Shown in pieces: positions 39,000 to 52,178 of a stretch of DNA of 64,000 bases. Position 1 is the stretch's first letter. Each line of letters begins with the position of its first letter. Source of the stretch: Callorhinchus milii (lineage: Eukaryota). The notes beneath the pieces are model-generated. The model searched no databases and was not told the origin of the DNA. It saw only the letters and a list, made by a program, of their open reading frames with translations. A program made the position numbers and the translations under genes. The stretch is taken from contig NW_024704743.1 of NCBI RefSeq assembly GCF_018977255.1, positions 75,518,001 through 75,582,000 of the forward strand, written 5' to 3'.

Positions 39000-39540
39000 A
39001 GGGAACTAAGCTTTCCTGCTCTGTGTTTTTATTGGAATAGAATGTCACTCTCTCCTTGGAGCAACACACCTTGCTCACCTATTTCTGGAGAATATAAGGG
39101 ACAGGTTGGCAAGAGCCTAGACTAGGGGACCCCAGAGTGTGATATGGGGTACTGCTGTAGTCGAACCAGCTAAAACCGCATAGCTTGCCATTGATATAAT
39201 TGTCTGGCCAGCTTTCCCACTGCTTGTCCAGCCAGGACCACCCTGTTCAGTTAGGGCTTTTGCTTGCAGAGTTAACAGGAGCTGAATGGGAGAATTCCCT
39301 GCCCCAGTGACTGGTCTGCCCCTCCAAATCCTGGCAATGAGCCAGACTGGCTGTGCTGTCATCAGCAGTGCTCTGGAATACTCCAGAACCGGCTGGCTCA
39401 AGAACTGGAGAGAACCAAGACTGCCACAAAGGGTGGGATTGATTTCAACATTTCATTGCCAAACATGTCACCTTGGAGCCAGTTCAGCTCCGAAGAGACC
39501 CCACTTAGCTACCCTCCACCCCCAGGAGTATAGTCACTAG
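39000..39540 (-). repeat. Unclassified old interspersed repeat ('family X'), best-preserved copy
   Basis: Homologous segments at about 21370-21880(+), 22270-22720(-), 32260-32780(-), 49680-49980(+), 8640-8870(+), 41460-41510(+), 41870-42105(+), 44560-44680(+), 62960-63110(-) and 63550-63600(-). Confidence 0.8.
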
Positions 39541-42500
39541 TTGGTTATTTGATATCCCTGCTGTGTTTGAACAACAATTTCTATTTATATCACGCCCTTC
39601 ATGTTGGATGCCATGTTGGGGTGCTTCACAGGAATGTTGTCAGATGTTGGGCAAGGGAAGAGGGAGAAGATAAGGTGACCATAGAATAGGTCAAAGAGGT
39701 AAGTTTAGATGCACTTTAAAGACAGATAGAGCAAGATAGAGTGGTAGAGGGAAAGTTCCAAAGTGTTGTGCATAGCAGTGCCGAGTTTGCTGAGCAGAAG
39801 GGGCGAGCAGGAGAATAGGTAGAAGAAGATCACACAGATAGGTGCTTGGGTACTAAGTGCTATGGTGTGAAGGGATTAATAGATGAGGACATGAAGTTGA
39901 ACCATTTGGAGCAGGGATCTCGAGCCTTGGGTTTCTACTGGCCATTGTGACAGAATCATGGCATATGGGGATACTCAACAGGTGTTCAGACATTGGACAA
40001 GAATTTTTTTCTTAGTTCCCACCCTTATTAAAGGCAGGAGCCATAACTGGGCAGTACAGGGTGAATAAATTATGTCAAGATGGGATTGGGGGTTGGGAAG
40101 CGAGTAGAATTCTTCAACTATTGTGTGAGTAGGGGGTGGAAAGATAGTATCAATACAATGGCCAGGCTTTCAGAATGAATGGAAAAATGTGATGACTTTA
40201 AATCTTTTATTTTTCACCTCAAATGTTCCTCATAGAATGAATAGAATTGGCTGTTGCATTTACCTATAAGATGCACAGTCACTACACTTTACAGCACTCT
40301 ACCTTGTCAAAGCTCTTTTAAACATTTGGAATCTATAGATGCAACATTTGAATGATTGATACACTACTAATAATAATACTACTATTAGTATTAATCCTTG
40401 CATTTGATATAGCACCTTATCAGTCATCAACGCATCTCAAAGTGTGTCACAAGCTTTACCGTAGAATACAGTGAGTGTGTATTTTGTAGGCAACCAATTT
40501 GCACACAGGAATGTTCCACAAACAAGCCAAAAAGTGCCAGATCGAATGATTCTTGTAAGACATGACATCTTTAAGGAAACAGCTTCCCATCTGTGAACTG
40601 TGGAGATTCAGGAGTGCACCTTCCATCTGTGCCTCCATCTGGCACCATTGGCCAGTGCTCTGCCCGGAAGCAAACTCTTATCATGTTTCAGGGGAACATA
40701 TTGCACTTTTTCAGTCTGGCTGATGAAATCTCTTTCCATTGGTGTAATGAACTGTCTCTGCGGACATCACACCAGATTAGTTACCTAAGTGCTTGCATAG
40801 CTGCTCGCTGTTGTCCAGCCTGTCATCTTGTGCGTCAGATGAAGGTACGCACTCTGACGACATGTCAATTTGCTTTTATTCTTGTGGATAAAGTAATAGG
40901 TAGACGGTCAACTCTTTCATGTAGTGTGGCTAGTGTAAACGCTCCGGGATGCTACCCTGCGTGAAGGGTGCTATATAAATGCAAGTCGTTGTTTTCTAAC
41001 CACACAAACTAACTAAGCATTATTGCCAGTGTAAAACACTACAGGATAGGCAGCTGTGAACAATATTACACAAACACTTGTGTCGAAATCTGTATCAGAA
41101 ATAAAACTAAATAATTCACAGTGAGATCCTCTTCAGTCTGAATGGTCCAGTTCCTCTTTTGTTTCTGTCCTTCCCAACCTGTTACAGATGTGGTTCCAGT
41201 CCCTGTATTTCATGGTGGTTTTGTGGTGCCAGATGTTGTGAACTGAAGTCACCCACAATTTGGTCATCAGTTCTCATCCTTGTCCAGCAATAGGATGTGC
41301 CAAGTACAGGATCCTTAGGTTTAACATAATGTGATATTGGGTGCTACCAGGCTGTCTGGGCTGGATCAAGAGTCTGTGATTGTGGATCAGTGAAGGAGAC
41401 CATGCTGGAGGGAATGACTGAGTACAACAGCAACGACTGTCATTTATATTTGTTTTTGGATACTCTTAAGCATGGTGATGGATTTCGGCATGTGTCCTGG
41501 CTGAACCCCCACCCCCAAAAAATAATAGCTTTTGTGGGGGACTTTACCATGAATGAGCAGTAGACTGGAAAGAAACTTACTTCTGAAAAGAGTCCTGAAG
41601 GGAAAGTGTCGGGATTGAGTAGGACCCGGTGGTTAATGCTAACATTCCAACAACAACAACTTATATTTACTTCACACAGGGTAGTGTCTCAGAGCACTTA
41701 ACATCCCCCCAAATAAATAAAATTATTCATGCATTTCATGGATAAAGTCATTAATTTACACACTAACAGTAAGTCTTGTCAACTACTTTGAGGTGATTTG
41801 ACAATGTGATAAGGCCCATTATCAAATTACAAGGATTCTTATTATCAATTTTGGGCAATTACCATGGGCTGATAACAGATTTAGCTGGTTAAACTCCAAC
41901 AATACCCAACACACTCTGGGGATCTCCTAGCCTTGGGTCTTGCAACTTACACCTAATACTTTCTGGAATTAGGTAAACAATATGCGTCCTTCCAATCAGA
42001 GAACATGCACTCCATTCCAGGAACAAGGAACATTTACACAAATATGTGCAACTATCGGTTTGGTTTGGATAGTCTTAAGAATGGTGCTGTGTGTGTCAGA
42101 CACCTGCCTGAAAAAAACACTTTTCCAAAGCTATTTTATGATTACAAAAGTACTCTGTAAGCATCTGTACTTTTTCTCGTAAAGTTTCACCTGGAATCTC
42201 ACACACAGAGAGAGGACTGTGTAAAGTATTCACCGACAGAAAGCCGACAGCTGTCTTTAGTGAATGAGGATCTGTCTGCTCTGCTGCTGTGAGACTTATC
42301 TCAGGCTTATCTACCCGGTATCGGTGGTCGTCATGGCAATCTTGAGTTTCCATGGTTTTTCATCACTTGCAATGAATCTCTTTCAAAACACTAATTATGA
42401 CCTGAAGATTTTTGACAGCTCTGGAAAGGGAAGTGCAGGTTACACCAGAATTCACGGCAGATTAAAAAAAAAATTGTGTATGTTTATTGTACTCGGCAAT

Positions 42501-42969
42501 TTCACAGATTCTTTGAGAAACCACCAATGTTACATTTTAAGAGGATTGCAAAATAAAGCATCCCTAATAGTCAACAAGGCTTTTTTTTTCCTCAAATCAC
42601 TGCTGGATACCAGTCCAACATGGTCTGGTTTACTTATCACATTGATTCGTAACACATAATGTATAACAGTGAAGCTACATTCATGGTTAAATGGTCTGAC
42701 ATATGGATGTTAAAAACTAGACACATTTTGTGATCTGCAATAGGAATCATTTGGAGATTTGGGGTCTTTCTTCGGAGGCAGCAACTCAACTATTCACCAT
42801 GAGGAACGATTGGAGAAGCTAGGGCTCTTTGACCTTTGAAAGAGATGCTGCAGAGTGGACCTTATAGAGATATGTAAGCTTTCAAATGGGATTGAAAAGT
42901 AAACCCAGAACAATGTTTTCCGATAGGCCAAGACCAAGACGATATAGGTTCATGCCCTTAAATTTTTCA

Positions 42970-43190
42970 CCATAATCCCCATCTACTCTCCCCCCATAAT
43001 CCACACCTGCTCTTTCCCCATAATCCACACCTCTCTTTCTCTGTAACGCTCATTTGATTATTCCTATAATCCATATCTGCTCTTTCTCTGAAATACTCAC
43101 TTGATTTTTTCCATAATCCTCACCTGCTCTTTCCTTGTAATTACTCAACTGCCTATTTCACACTGTTCACCTGTAATTCTGCCCTCACAG
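42970..43190. repeat. Degenerate minisatellite, ~25-bp unit (ccataatccacacctgctctttccc)
   Basis: Recurrent cataatcc...ctcttt units. Confidence 0.8.
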
Positions 43191-46122
43191 TTTCCTCAGA
43201 CAGTCTCTGTTCAGTCAGTGAGGCAGCTCTGCAGCTCCACCCCTGGGTTTATGTGTGAGTTGGGAGAGCTCAGTAATTACTATGTACATCCGTCCCCAGC
43301 ACTGAATAATGATACCAACACTTGCCTTTAAGCAAAGTGATTGAACTCCTAATGGAGCATAATTAAAATGAATGTAATTAAAACCCATTATACATCATCT
43401 GGCCACTCACAGTCAATGAGATTGATGCACTGTTGTCTCATACACTGGGTTTGTAAAGGAATGTAAGCTATAAATACCGGAGTGGCCAATGTATATTACA
43501 CTGGGTAAGAGGAAACTCAGTGAATGCTGCAAATCTGAAATCAACACAGAATATGCAGTAGGAGCACCAGCATCAATGAGTGGATTCCTCACACCCACAA
43601 TACAGTAACCTGGTTAACAGTGGACACTCACAGGAACAATCATGTCCTTTTTGTTGCTCGCCAATTGTGCTCCATCCTCCCTTCCCCAAACGTATTGACT
43701 ATTATTTTCCTTCCTTCTCCATCTCAGGCTTGATGCAAGCCTCCCTCTCCCTTCCACCCCACAACCAATGGCCAAGCCTTCAGATGCTTCACCCTTAACC
43801 TCTGGAATTCCTTCATCTTGTACTCTCTCTCTCTTTAAGTCCAAACTTAAAACCCACCTCTTTGACCATGCTTACACTCCCTTTACCCATTCCTCCGTCC
43901 ACTCGTCCTTACTTGGCAGCCGACCCTGTCTTTGTGATGCACTCTGAGATTTTATCCTACGTCCAGCACAATACAAATGCAAGTTGTTGTTGTTGATGAG
44001 ACAGTTCTGCGGCACTGGCTGCTTTCCAATACCTTGGAATGAGTGCCCATTTGTAACGAGTAAGCTTGACAGTGAGTCTCAGGAATTTATAACAGCGGTG
44101 CCATCCTTTGGATGGAATGTTAAATCGTAAGCTTCCATCTACCATTCAGGTGGACAATAAAGTTTTTAGGAAAAGCAGCGTGGGAGCCAGAGCAGGAGGT
44201 ATGAGGCAGCGCAGGAGTGGGTGGTATGAGGCAGTATCATTGGAAAGTGATGCCACGAATGGTCCATCGCACCGTCACATACACACACACACACACATTC
44301 ACACAAATGCAAAACTTAGCTCCACTACTGCTCAGGCTGCGTTTAGAACATTGCTATTCAGAAATTGGCTGCTGCACTTAACTAAAAATACAGCCACTAC
44401 ACTTTACAGACAATGTTAACATTATCGGCACTATGTCACATGCAACGATTATTATTATTAATAGATTACAGAATGAATCTAGAATGTGTTGCCATTACTA
44501 AATAATTACATATGGCTGATGGCTCAGATGCTGCACAAGACACTATCCGATCTGAAACTGAGCCCATTCCACACACAAGGACATTTCCATGGTGCTTCCC
44601 CTACCGATTTGGTGGGTCTGATTTGGATACTATTAAGCATGGTGATGAGTTCCCCATGTGTCAGACATCCACTGACCAAAAAAAGTGTTGCAGGTTCAAT
44701 TCCGGGTGTGTTGAATCCAGTGATTGATAGGGGCTTCACATCTAGGAGAGGTTTTCTGCATCCAAGAGGAGGCGTCACACCAAACAATCAAACCAATTTA
44801 AATCTTGAATTTTTCCAAGCTGTTGCATTATGGTGTGTAATATTTTTCCTAAAGGAAATAACTGCGGTCAGAATTCAGCTATAGATCAGACAAAAGGAAA
44901 ACTTTTATTGCTGTCTAAATAAAATTATTTCTTGACATAGCATTTAGATTTATCAAGGTATATTACAGTGTATTACATTCAACTGAAAATAATATCGGAT
45001 TTAGAATATTACAATAAACTGACCAGGGGGAATAGGTTAACAACTTTAAAGTGCTGGTGTTACCGGTGATCATCGATAGTTTTAAATTAGGTAAATGTCC
45101 TGTATGATTTTAGTGTTACAGCATTAGTTTAAACTTTAGAATGAATTATTTTTTGCTGCATAATGTATTCAGCAATAAGACTGCACCGTTGACTGAGAGT
45201 TCAGGGAATGACAAAACAATCTGGCTGTGAGTTCACTATGGTTAATGAGATGTGGATCAGCTATTGTGATGTTCAGGTCAGTCTGGCTTCTTCACCACAC
45301 CCAAGAACCCCCGCAGATTCCATTCCCACTGCTTGGATGGACGTTCAATAATGGGCGTCAAGATCAATGCAAAAATCTGCAGGGAAAAAAAAATGACATT
45401 AATTTTAATATTCAAATACATAGGGATGGAAATTCAGACATATGCTGTTTGATTGTCACTGGTGCTAACTGTTGCATCCTAAAAGGATGCCAGCAATGAA
45501 GCTAGCCTATATCTAGACTGGCTGCAGGTATGACTTCCCCACCATTCACTGTAGTCGGGCCTGAAACTGGGAGTGCCAGCTCCCAACTGTTTTATTGACT
45601 TAATACATAAATGATCTGGATCTGGGAATTGAGGGAAATAGATCAGAAGTGCTATTGATAATAATAAGCAATAATAATAATCCTTACATTTGGTATACAG
45701 CCTTTCACGTCAGGAGTACATCCCAAAGCGCTTCACAGCCTATATTGTAAAGTGGAGTGATTGTGTATTTTATGGGTGATACCAAATCGGGGGCACACCA
45801 CACCTCGAGGAATTTTGTGAAAGACTGAACATAAAAGCATCGGACACAGTTCAGTGCTCAAAACAGAGCAGAGGACACAGGCTACTAAAGCACATAGAAA
45901 TCATAAGATTGTATTTGATATAGCGTCAACAGTATCGGGGAGATTCATTTTTAATTCTAGGAGAATCCAGGTCAATGCTGGAGGGTTGGCAAACTTGCCT
46001 GTAGGTTTTGGGCCTAGCCTGCTGGATCAATAAAACATTTTTTTCCCAAATATTCAACACTTGGCTGCAGAGAGAATATTAAAACAGAAGCTCACCTTAC
46101 AAGATTGTTTTCAGGGCAAACT

Positions 46123-46188
46123 TTAATGGCTAACACCGCCATTTATATCAGTGCCTGATTGCCAGAGCTGTTTAAAGGAATGTTTTAT
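46123..46188 (-). CDS. ITPRID1: Probable ITPRID1 last coding exon: IKHSFKQLWQSGTDINGGVSH*
   Basis: Strong acceptor ctattttccctctcag|ATA, phase 0. It continues an amphipathic helix across the junction (DIRTILQN|IKHSFKQLW). Stop TAA at 46125-46123. Confidence 0.65.
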   Translation of the reverse strand: MKHSFKQLWQSGTDINGGVSH

Positions 46189-46394
46189 CTGAGAGGGAAA
46201 AATAGTAGTTGAATATCAATAGGTGGATAGGAACACTCAGGAAGGAAAGCTGCTGAAGAAAGTTCAAAGCATTTCTATATAAGTTGGTAACAAATAATAA
46301 TAATGATTATTGTATTTGATATAGCGTCTTATCACGTCTTTGAGACATCTCAAAGTGCTTAACAGGATATACTCTAAAGTGAATTGACTGTGTA

Positions 46395-48833
46395 TAACAT
46401 AACATGTAGGAGCAGGAGTAGGCCATTTGGCCCTTCAAGCCTGCCCCGCCATTCAATCATGGCTGATCTTCTAATCTAACTCCAGTTAATACCATAACCC
46501 TGCCTTGTCCCCATATCCCTTAATCGCTTTTACAATAAGAAACATATCTAACTCAGTCTTGAATATGTTCAAGCACTAAACGTCACCAGCCCTTTGCGGT
46601 AGTGAGTTCCATACATTCACCACCCTTTGAGTGAAGAAGCTCTTCCTCAACTCAGTGCGAAAGGGCTGGCCTCTGATTTTAAGGTTGTGACCCCTGGTTT
46701 TAGTTTCTCCAACCAGGGGAAACAATTTTCCACTATTTACTCTATCATGCCCTTTGATGATCTTATAGGTTTCTATAAGATCCCCTCTTATTCTTCTATA
46801 TTCTAGAGAATATAGGCCCATATTGGTCAGCCTATCCTTGTAACTCATCCCCTCGTAAATCTACGCTGCACCCCCTACAAGGCAAGTACGTCCTTCCTTA
46901 AATAAGGAGACTAAAACTGCACACAGTATTCCAGGTGTGGTCTCACCAGGGCCCTATACAGTTGCAGCAAGACTTCCCTACTCTTATACTAATTCTTTCA
47001 TAATGAATGCTAACATACCGTTCGCCTTCCTAATTGCTGCTGCGCCTGCAGACTAACTTTCTGTGATTGGAGTACAAGGCACCCAAGTCCCTCTGGACTC
47101 TAACACATTCCAATCTCTCCCCTTCTAAAAAATAACCCGCTTTACTGTTTTTGCTACCTAGGTGGATGACTTTGCACTTCCCTACATTATACTTCATCTG
47201 CCACCTACCTGCCCAATCACCTAACCTATCTATATCGCGCTGCATTTTTTTAATGTCATTCTTTGTGTTGACACTTCCTCCTAGTTTTGTGTCATCCGCG
47301 AATTTAGATATATTAACTTTGATGTCCTCGTCTAGATCATTGATGTAGATGATAAATAGCTGAGGTCCAAGGACTGATCCTTGTGGCACTCCACTAGTCA
47401 CATCCTGCCAATTTGAAAAGGACCCGTTTATCCCTACTCTTTGTTTCCTACCCGTTAACCATTCCCCAATCCACGTTAATGTGCTCCACCCAATTCCATG
47501 GGCCCCTATCTTTTGGACTAATCTTTTATGCGGCACCTTATCGAATGCCTTCTGGAAGTCCAAATAGACCACATCCACTGATTCACCCTTATCTAGTTTA
47601 CTGGAAATGTCCTCAAAAACTCTATGAGATTTGTCAAACATGACTTCCCTTTTGTAAAGCCATGCTGACTTGGCCTAATTATGTTGTGCTCCTCTAAATA
47701 CCGCACTACCACATCCTTAATCAATGATTCTAAAATTTTTCCTATCACTGATGTGAGACTAACTGGCTTATAGTTCCCCATCTTTTCCTTTCCACCTTTT
47801 TTAAATAGTGGTGTGACATTTGCGATCTTCCAATCCATGGGGACTGATCCAGAATCCAAGGAATTTTGGAATTACAGACACAAGGCCTCCACTATCTCAT
47901 AAGCTACCTCTTTTAAAACCCTAGGATGCAAGCCATCCGGACCAGGGGATTTGTCACTTTTTAGTTCTAACAGTTTTCCTAGCACCAATTCTCTACTAAT
48001 GAAAATTTCCCTAAGTTGCTCCCTGTCCTTATCCCCTTGGTGCATCTCTATTGTTGGCAGACTTGCTGTGTCTTCTAGGGTGAAGACAGATGCAATTACA
48101 ACTTCTCCCGACTCTGACTGAAGTGGACCTACATTTACCCTCACTAGCCTATTCCTCTTAATGTATTTGTAAAAAACTTTTACAATCAGACTTAATGTTC
48201 CTAGCTAGCTTACCCTCAAACTCCTTTTTCTCGCTCTTAATGAGTTTTTTAGTTTTTTTTTGCTGGTTTCGAAAACTCTCCCAATCTTCAGGTTTGCTGC
48301 TTTTCTTGGCAGTTTCATAAGCTTTTTCTTTTAATTTGATGTTTTCCCTAACTGCTCTAGTTAGCCACGGATGACTTGCTTTTCCTGTAGTACTCTTATT
48401 CCGCAAGGGAATATGCGACCGCTGAGAATTATGCACTACATCCTTAAATATTTGCCACTGTTGGTCTACATTTTTACCTCTTAATCTTATTCTCCAGTCT
48501 ATTTTACCTAAATCTTTCCTCATACTTACAAAATTAGCCCTATTTAAATTCAGAATACTTGCCTCGGATTTAACTATATTCCTCTCTACTTTAATGCAGA
48601 ATTCAATCATATTGTGATCACTCTGCCCTAGAGGAGTCTTATTACCTACACTGCCAACTAGCCGTTTCGTTACATAAAACAAGGTCTAGGATGGCCTGTC
48701 CCCTAGTTGGTTCCTCGGTATGCTGCTCTAGAAAGTTATCTCTCATACACTCAATGAACTCTTTTTCTAACCTACTTTTGCCGACTTGGTTTTCCCAATC
48801 TATGTGGAGATTGAAATCACCCACTATTATCAC
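46395..48833 (-). mobile_element. 5'-truncated CR1-clade LINE nested in a SINE, inside the last coding intron of ITPRID1
   Basis: ORF pieces carry VGDFN, LDLVL, SDHNM, KSPGPDGLHPRVLKE, DFQKAFDKVPH, PQGSVLGP, KFADDTKLGG, TRGHNLK and FFTQRVVNVWNSLP. The 3' end is ...ctcctgctcctac(atgtt)2. Confidence 0.95.
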
Positions 48834-49095
48834 TTTATTTTGTGTGCAAAACCAGCAGCCAATTGTGCACAGCAGTGTCCCACAAACAGTCCTGGAATAA
48901 GTGACCGAATCATTATTATTTTTAAAACGTATTTATTGTTTTGAAGGGATTATTACCCCTGGAAAAGTGATCCACCAATTGACCAACAACTGGGTTCCTA
49001 CTTACTGCTAGGTAAACAAGCGTACGGAGTAAGGAACCTTGCCAAACTTTTCTCCCTTCCAGGGAATCCAACCCAGGTCCTCTCGCTTGCGAGAC
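48834..49095 (-). mobile_element. 5' part of a long-form SINE whose 3' part (about 46294-46394) lies beyond the CR1 insertion
   Basis: Family sequence gactgtgtat|tttgtg is split exactly by the CR1. Confidence 0.85.
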
Positions 49096-51818
49096 TCAGG
49101 ATTACAAATCTCTATGGAACAGTTGGACAGTCAAAACAATCCACTGTTCCATCATGGAATTTCCAATAACAGTGCTTCGGCTCAATAAAATACAGTAAAA
49201 AATGGACTCTTTCACGTACCAGTGAGATTTACCATGGAATTGCCATTATAAACTTGCTGTTAAAAGATTGTTAGTGTTGGCTATCGGCATGTGATAGACC
49301 TCCATGTGAACTCTTATGATGTGAACTTGAGAGTGGGGTGGTCCTTGCTGGACAAGCAGCGAGAAGCCTCCCAGTCAGTATTTGGGACAGAATGGCGAAT
49401 GTTTGAAAGAAATATAGATTATTGGAATGTAAAGATATCAAGGGTTATGTGGAAAAGGCAGGGAAATGCCTTAAAAGAGAAGCTGATTTAATAATCTGGT
49501 AGAGCAGGCTTGGTGGACTGAGTGCCTACTCTTGTTGCTGCACTACATGCATTATGACACAAGGTGGTGGTGTCTATCAATAATGTCTCAGTGTAAATCA
49601 CAAAATTCCCATTTAATAGCCAGATTCACTCGTCAACAGACAAAAGTATCGGATTCGAGCCTACTATCTGTGGCAGTCTCGGTAGTCCAGTTCCTGAGCC
49701 AGGCGGGTTCGCAGTATTCCAAGCCACTGCTAATGACAGTACAGGCTCATCGGCAGGACCTGGAAAGGCAGACTGGGAGCAGGGAGTCATCCCACTCAGC
49801 TCCTGTTAACTGTGCAAGCCAAAGCTTTAACAGGTAGAGTGGTCTTAACTGGACAAGGAGCAGAAAATCTTGCAAGACGGCGATATCAATGGCAAGCTAT
49901 GCGGTTTTAGCTGGTTAGTACCAGCAGTACCACAACCCCCTTTATGGGGCCCCCGTGCCTTGGCTCTTGCCAACCTGCGCCTAATATAGCATAGATATAT
50001 ATATAGCATAGCATATATCAATATATATATAACATATAGCACAGATGTATTTAAGGGGAAGCTAGATAGGTACATGAGGAAGAAAGGAATAGAAGGTTAT
50101 CCTGGAAGGCTTAGTTGAGGAAGGGCAGGAGAAGGCTCAGGTGGAGCTTAAACACAGGCATAGACCAGTTGAGCCGAATGGCCTGTTTCTGTGCTGTACA
50201 TTTTAATGAATTCTAATGTATTCTAATACTTTTCGGAATAACATAAAAATAGGCAAAAAGAATAATCTTTGCATGTGATATAACTGCATCAATGTTAGAA
50301 GCGTGTCTCAAAACACTTCACAAGATATACTGTGAAGTGCAGTGACTGTGTGTATTGTGTAGGCAAACACAGCAGGCAATTTGCACACAGCAATTTCCCA
50401 AACAGCCCTGAAGTGAATGACCAATTTTGTCTGGAGGATTATTGGCCAGGATACCGGAAGAAAGCCCCTTCTCTTTTCACACAGTGCCATAGAATCTTTA
50501 ACATCCATCTGAACAAGTAGATGGGACCTTGTTTTAATGGTTAATTGAAAGACTGCATGTCTGACAATGCTGCACTCCCCCAGCACTGCACTAGAGTGTC
50601 TGCCTGGACTAAATGGCATTTGCCTTTCCCTGGGTTACAAGTACCAATTCCATTATTTTGTGGAATAACTCCCACTCCTGCCTCACTTCCCCACATTTAC
50701 ACCTGCTTTTCAATCATTTACACAGCATCTTAACATAGATCAGAGAACACTAAAAGGTTCTCCTCCAAAAGAGAAGCACTTAACTGGCAATGAAGTGACA
50801 TCCACATTCTCCTTGCATGTGTGTTTGCAATAACACAATATCCTCCTTACATTTGGGTGTATGGTATTATTGCAAACACACACACACCGACATAATAAGG
50901 CATAATATCAAGGATTATTATTATTAAAAATGAGTTTGAAGTTGGCTTCACACTGTAGTTACACACATGCACACACTATCATTATTATGATGCAGAATTG
51001 CAGTTGGAGTGCAGGCAGATTTATTATTTCCAAACTATTATTTTTAAATCATGAATGCCCACAAAATATACAGTCAATCCACTTTACAATATATTCTGTG
51101 AAGTGCTTTGAGACGTCTCGAAGTCGTGATAAGGTGCTGCATCAAATGCAAGCATTATTATTATTATAATTTATGGAAGGTGTCCTTCCTTCTCTGAGTG
51201 AAGAACACCAAGGCTGCACTTTTTCTGCTACTCTTACTGTAAAACGCTGAAAGCTTCTATTAAAAAAACAGCATTGGTGACACAAGAAAAAGGATGGGTG
51301 ACTCAATGGCAGATCTCTCAAGATAAACCCTAAGTGAGAGGCAAAAATATTTATGGAGCGAATGTAACATGAACTCCTAGGTATTAAGCAGAAATTATCC
51401 AGATGGTGGAGCATCGCTCTCAATGCTGATATCTCTGAAGCTGAGTCACGCACAGAACCTCTGAGAATGCGGCTCTCTGCTCAGAGTAAAGTTGCTATCC
51501 CACTAACTAACAGACAAAAGCTGTAATCTGCGTGTCAAACACACCAGTCAGGTTCACAGAGGTGGTCATTGCTGGGAACAGTGTGTGGGGGGTCAGACTC
51601 AAGCACATTCGAAGCCTTGGGCCCATAAGGAAGATCACAAATTCTGTGTCAATTCTTTGTTAAGTAAAGTACTTCTAAGTAGCAAAATACAGAGGTCTGT
51701 ACCAGACTCTGCATAGGGCCATTTATCTTCATTTTAACTAACGCTGGGCATTTAAATATGAAGCATTTACAATTCATTGAAAATGAGAGTATTTAAAAAG
51801 GAATAACAGCCCTCTTAC

Positions 51819-52178
51819 ATTTTGGAGAATGGTTCGAATATCCACTGCTCCTGGTTGGTTGTTTTGCTTTGTGGCTTTCAGCTGGGATGAACTGCTCTCC
51901 ACATTTGGTTTGGCAGTGGTGTTAATTTCAATGGAAGCTTTCTGTGCCATTGAAGGAGAAAGTGAATTCACTCGTTTGTGTCCTGATGCTGCACTGGAGT
52001 CAGGCTCCTCTGAAGGGATCAAAGATGCTGATGTGAAGTCCGGTCTCAGTGAAGCTGTTGAATTGCACACGCTGGGTGATGATTCTGTGTGACTCACTGA
52101 TGTCATCCCACTCACTTTCTTGGGCTTTTCAAGAGATGAGTAAAACGTGGACTGTTCCTTTAGCAATGATTGCAGCTG
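51819..52178 (-). CDS. ITPRID1: ITPRID1 penultimate coding exon (360 nt): QLQSLLKEQSTFYSSL...GAVDIRTILQN
   Basis: Acceptor tttag|CAG (NAGNAG), donor AAT|gtaaga, phase 0-0. Same frame as ORF 51774..52166. Confidence 0.85.
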
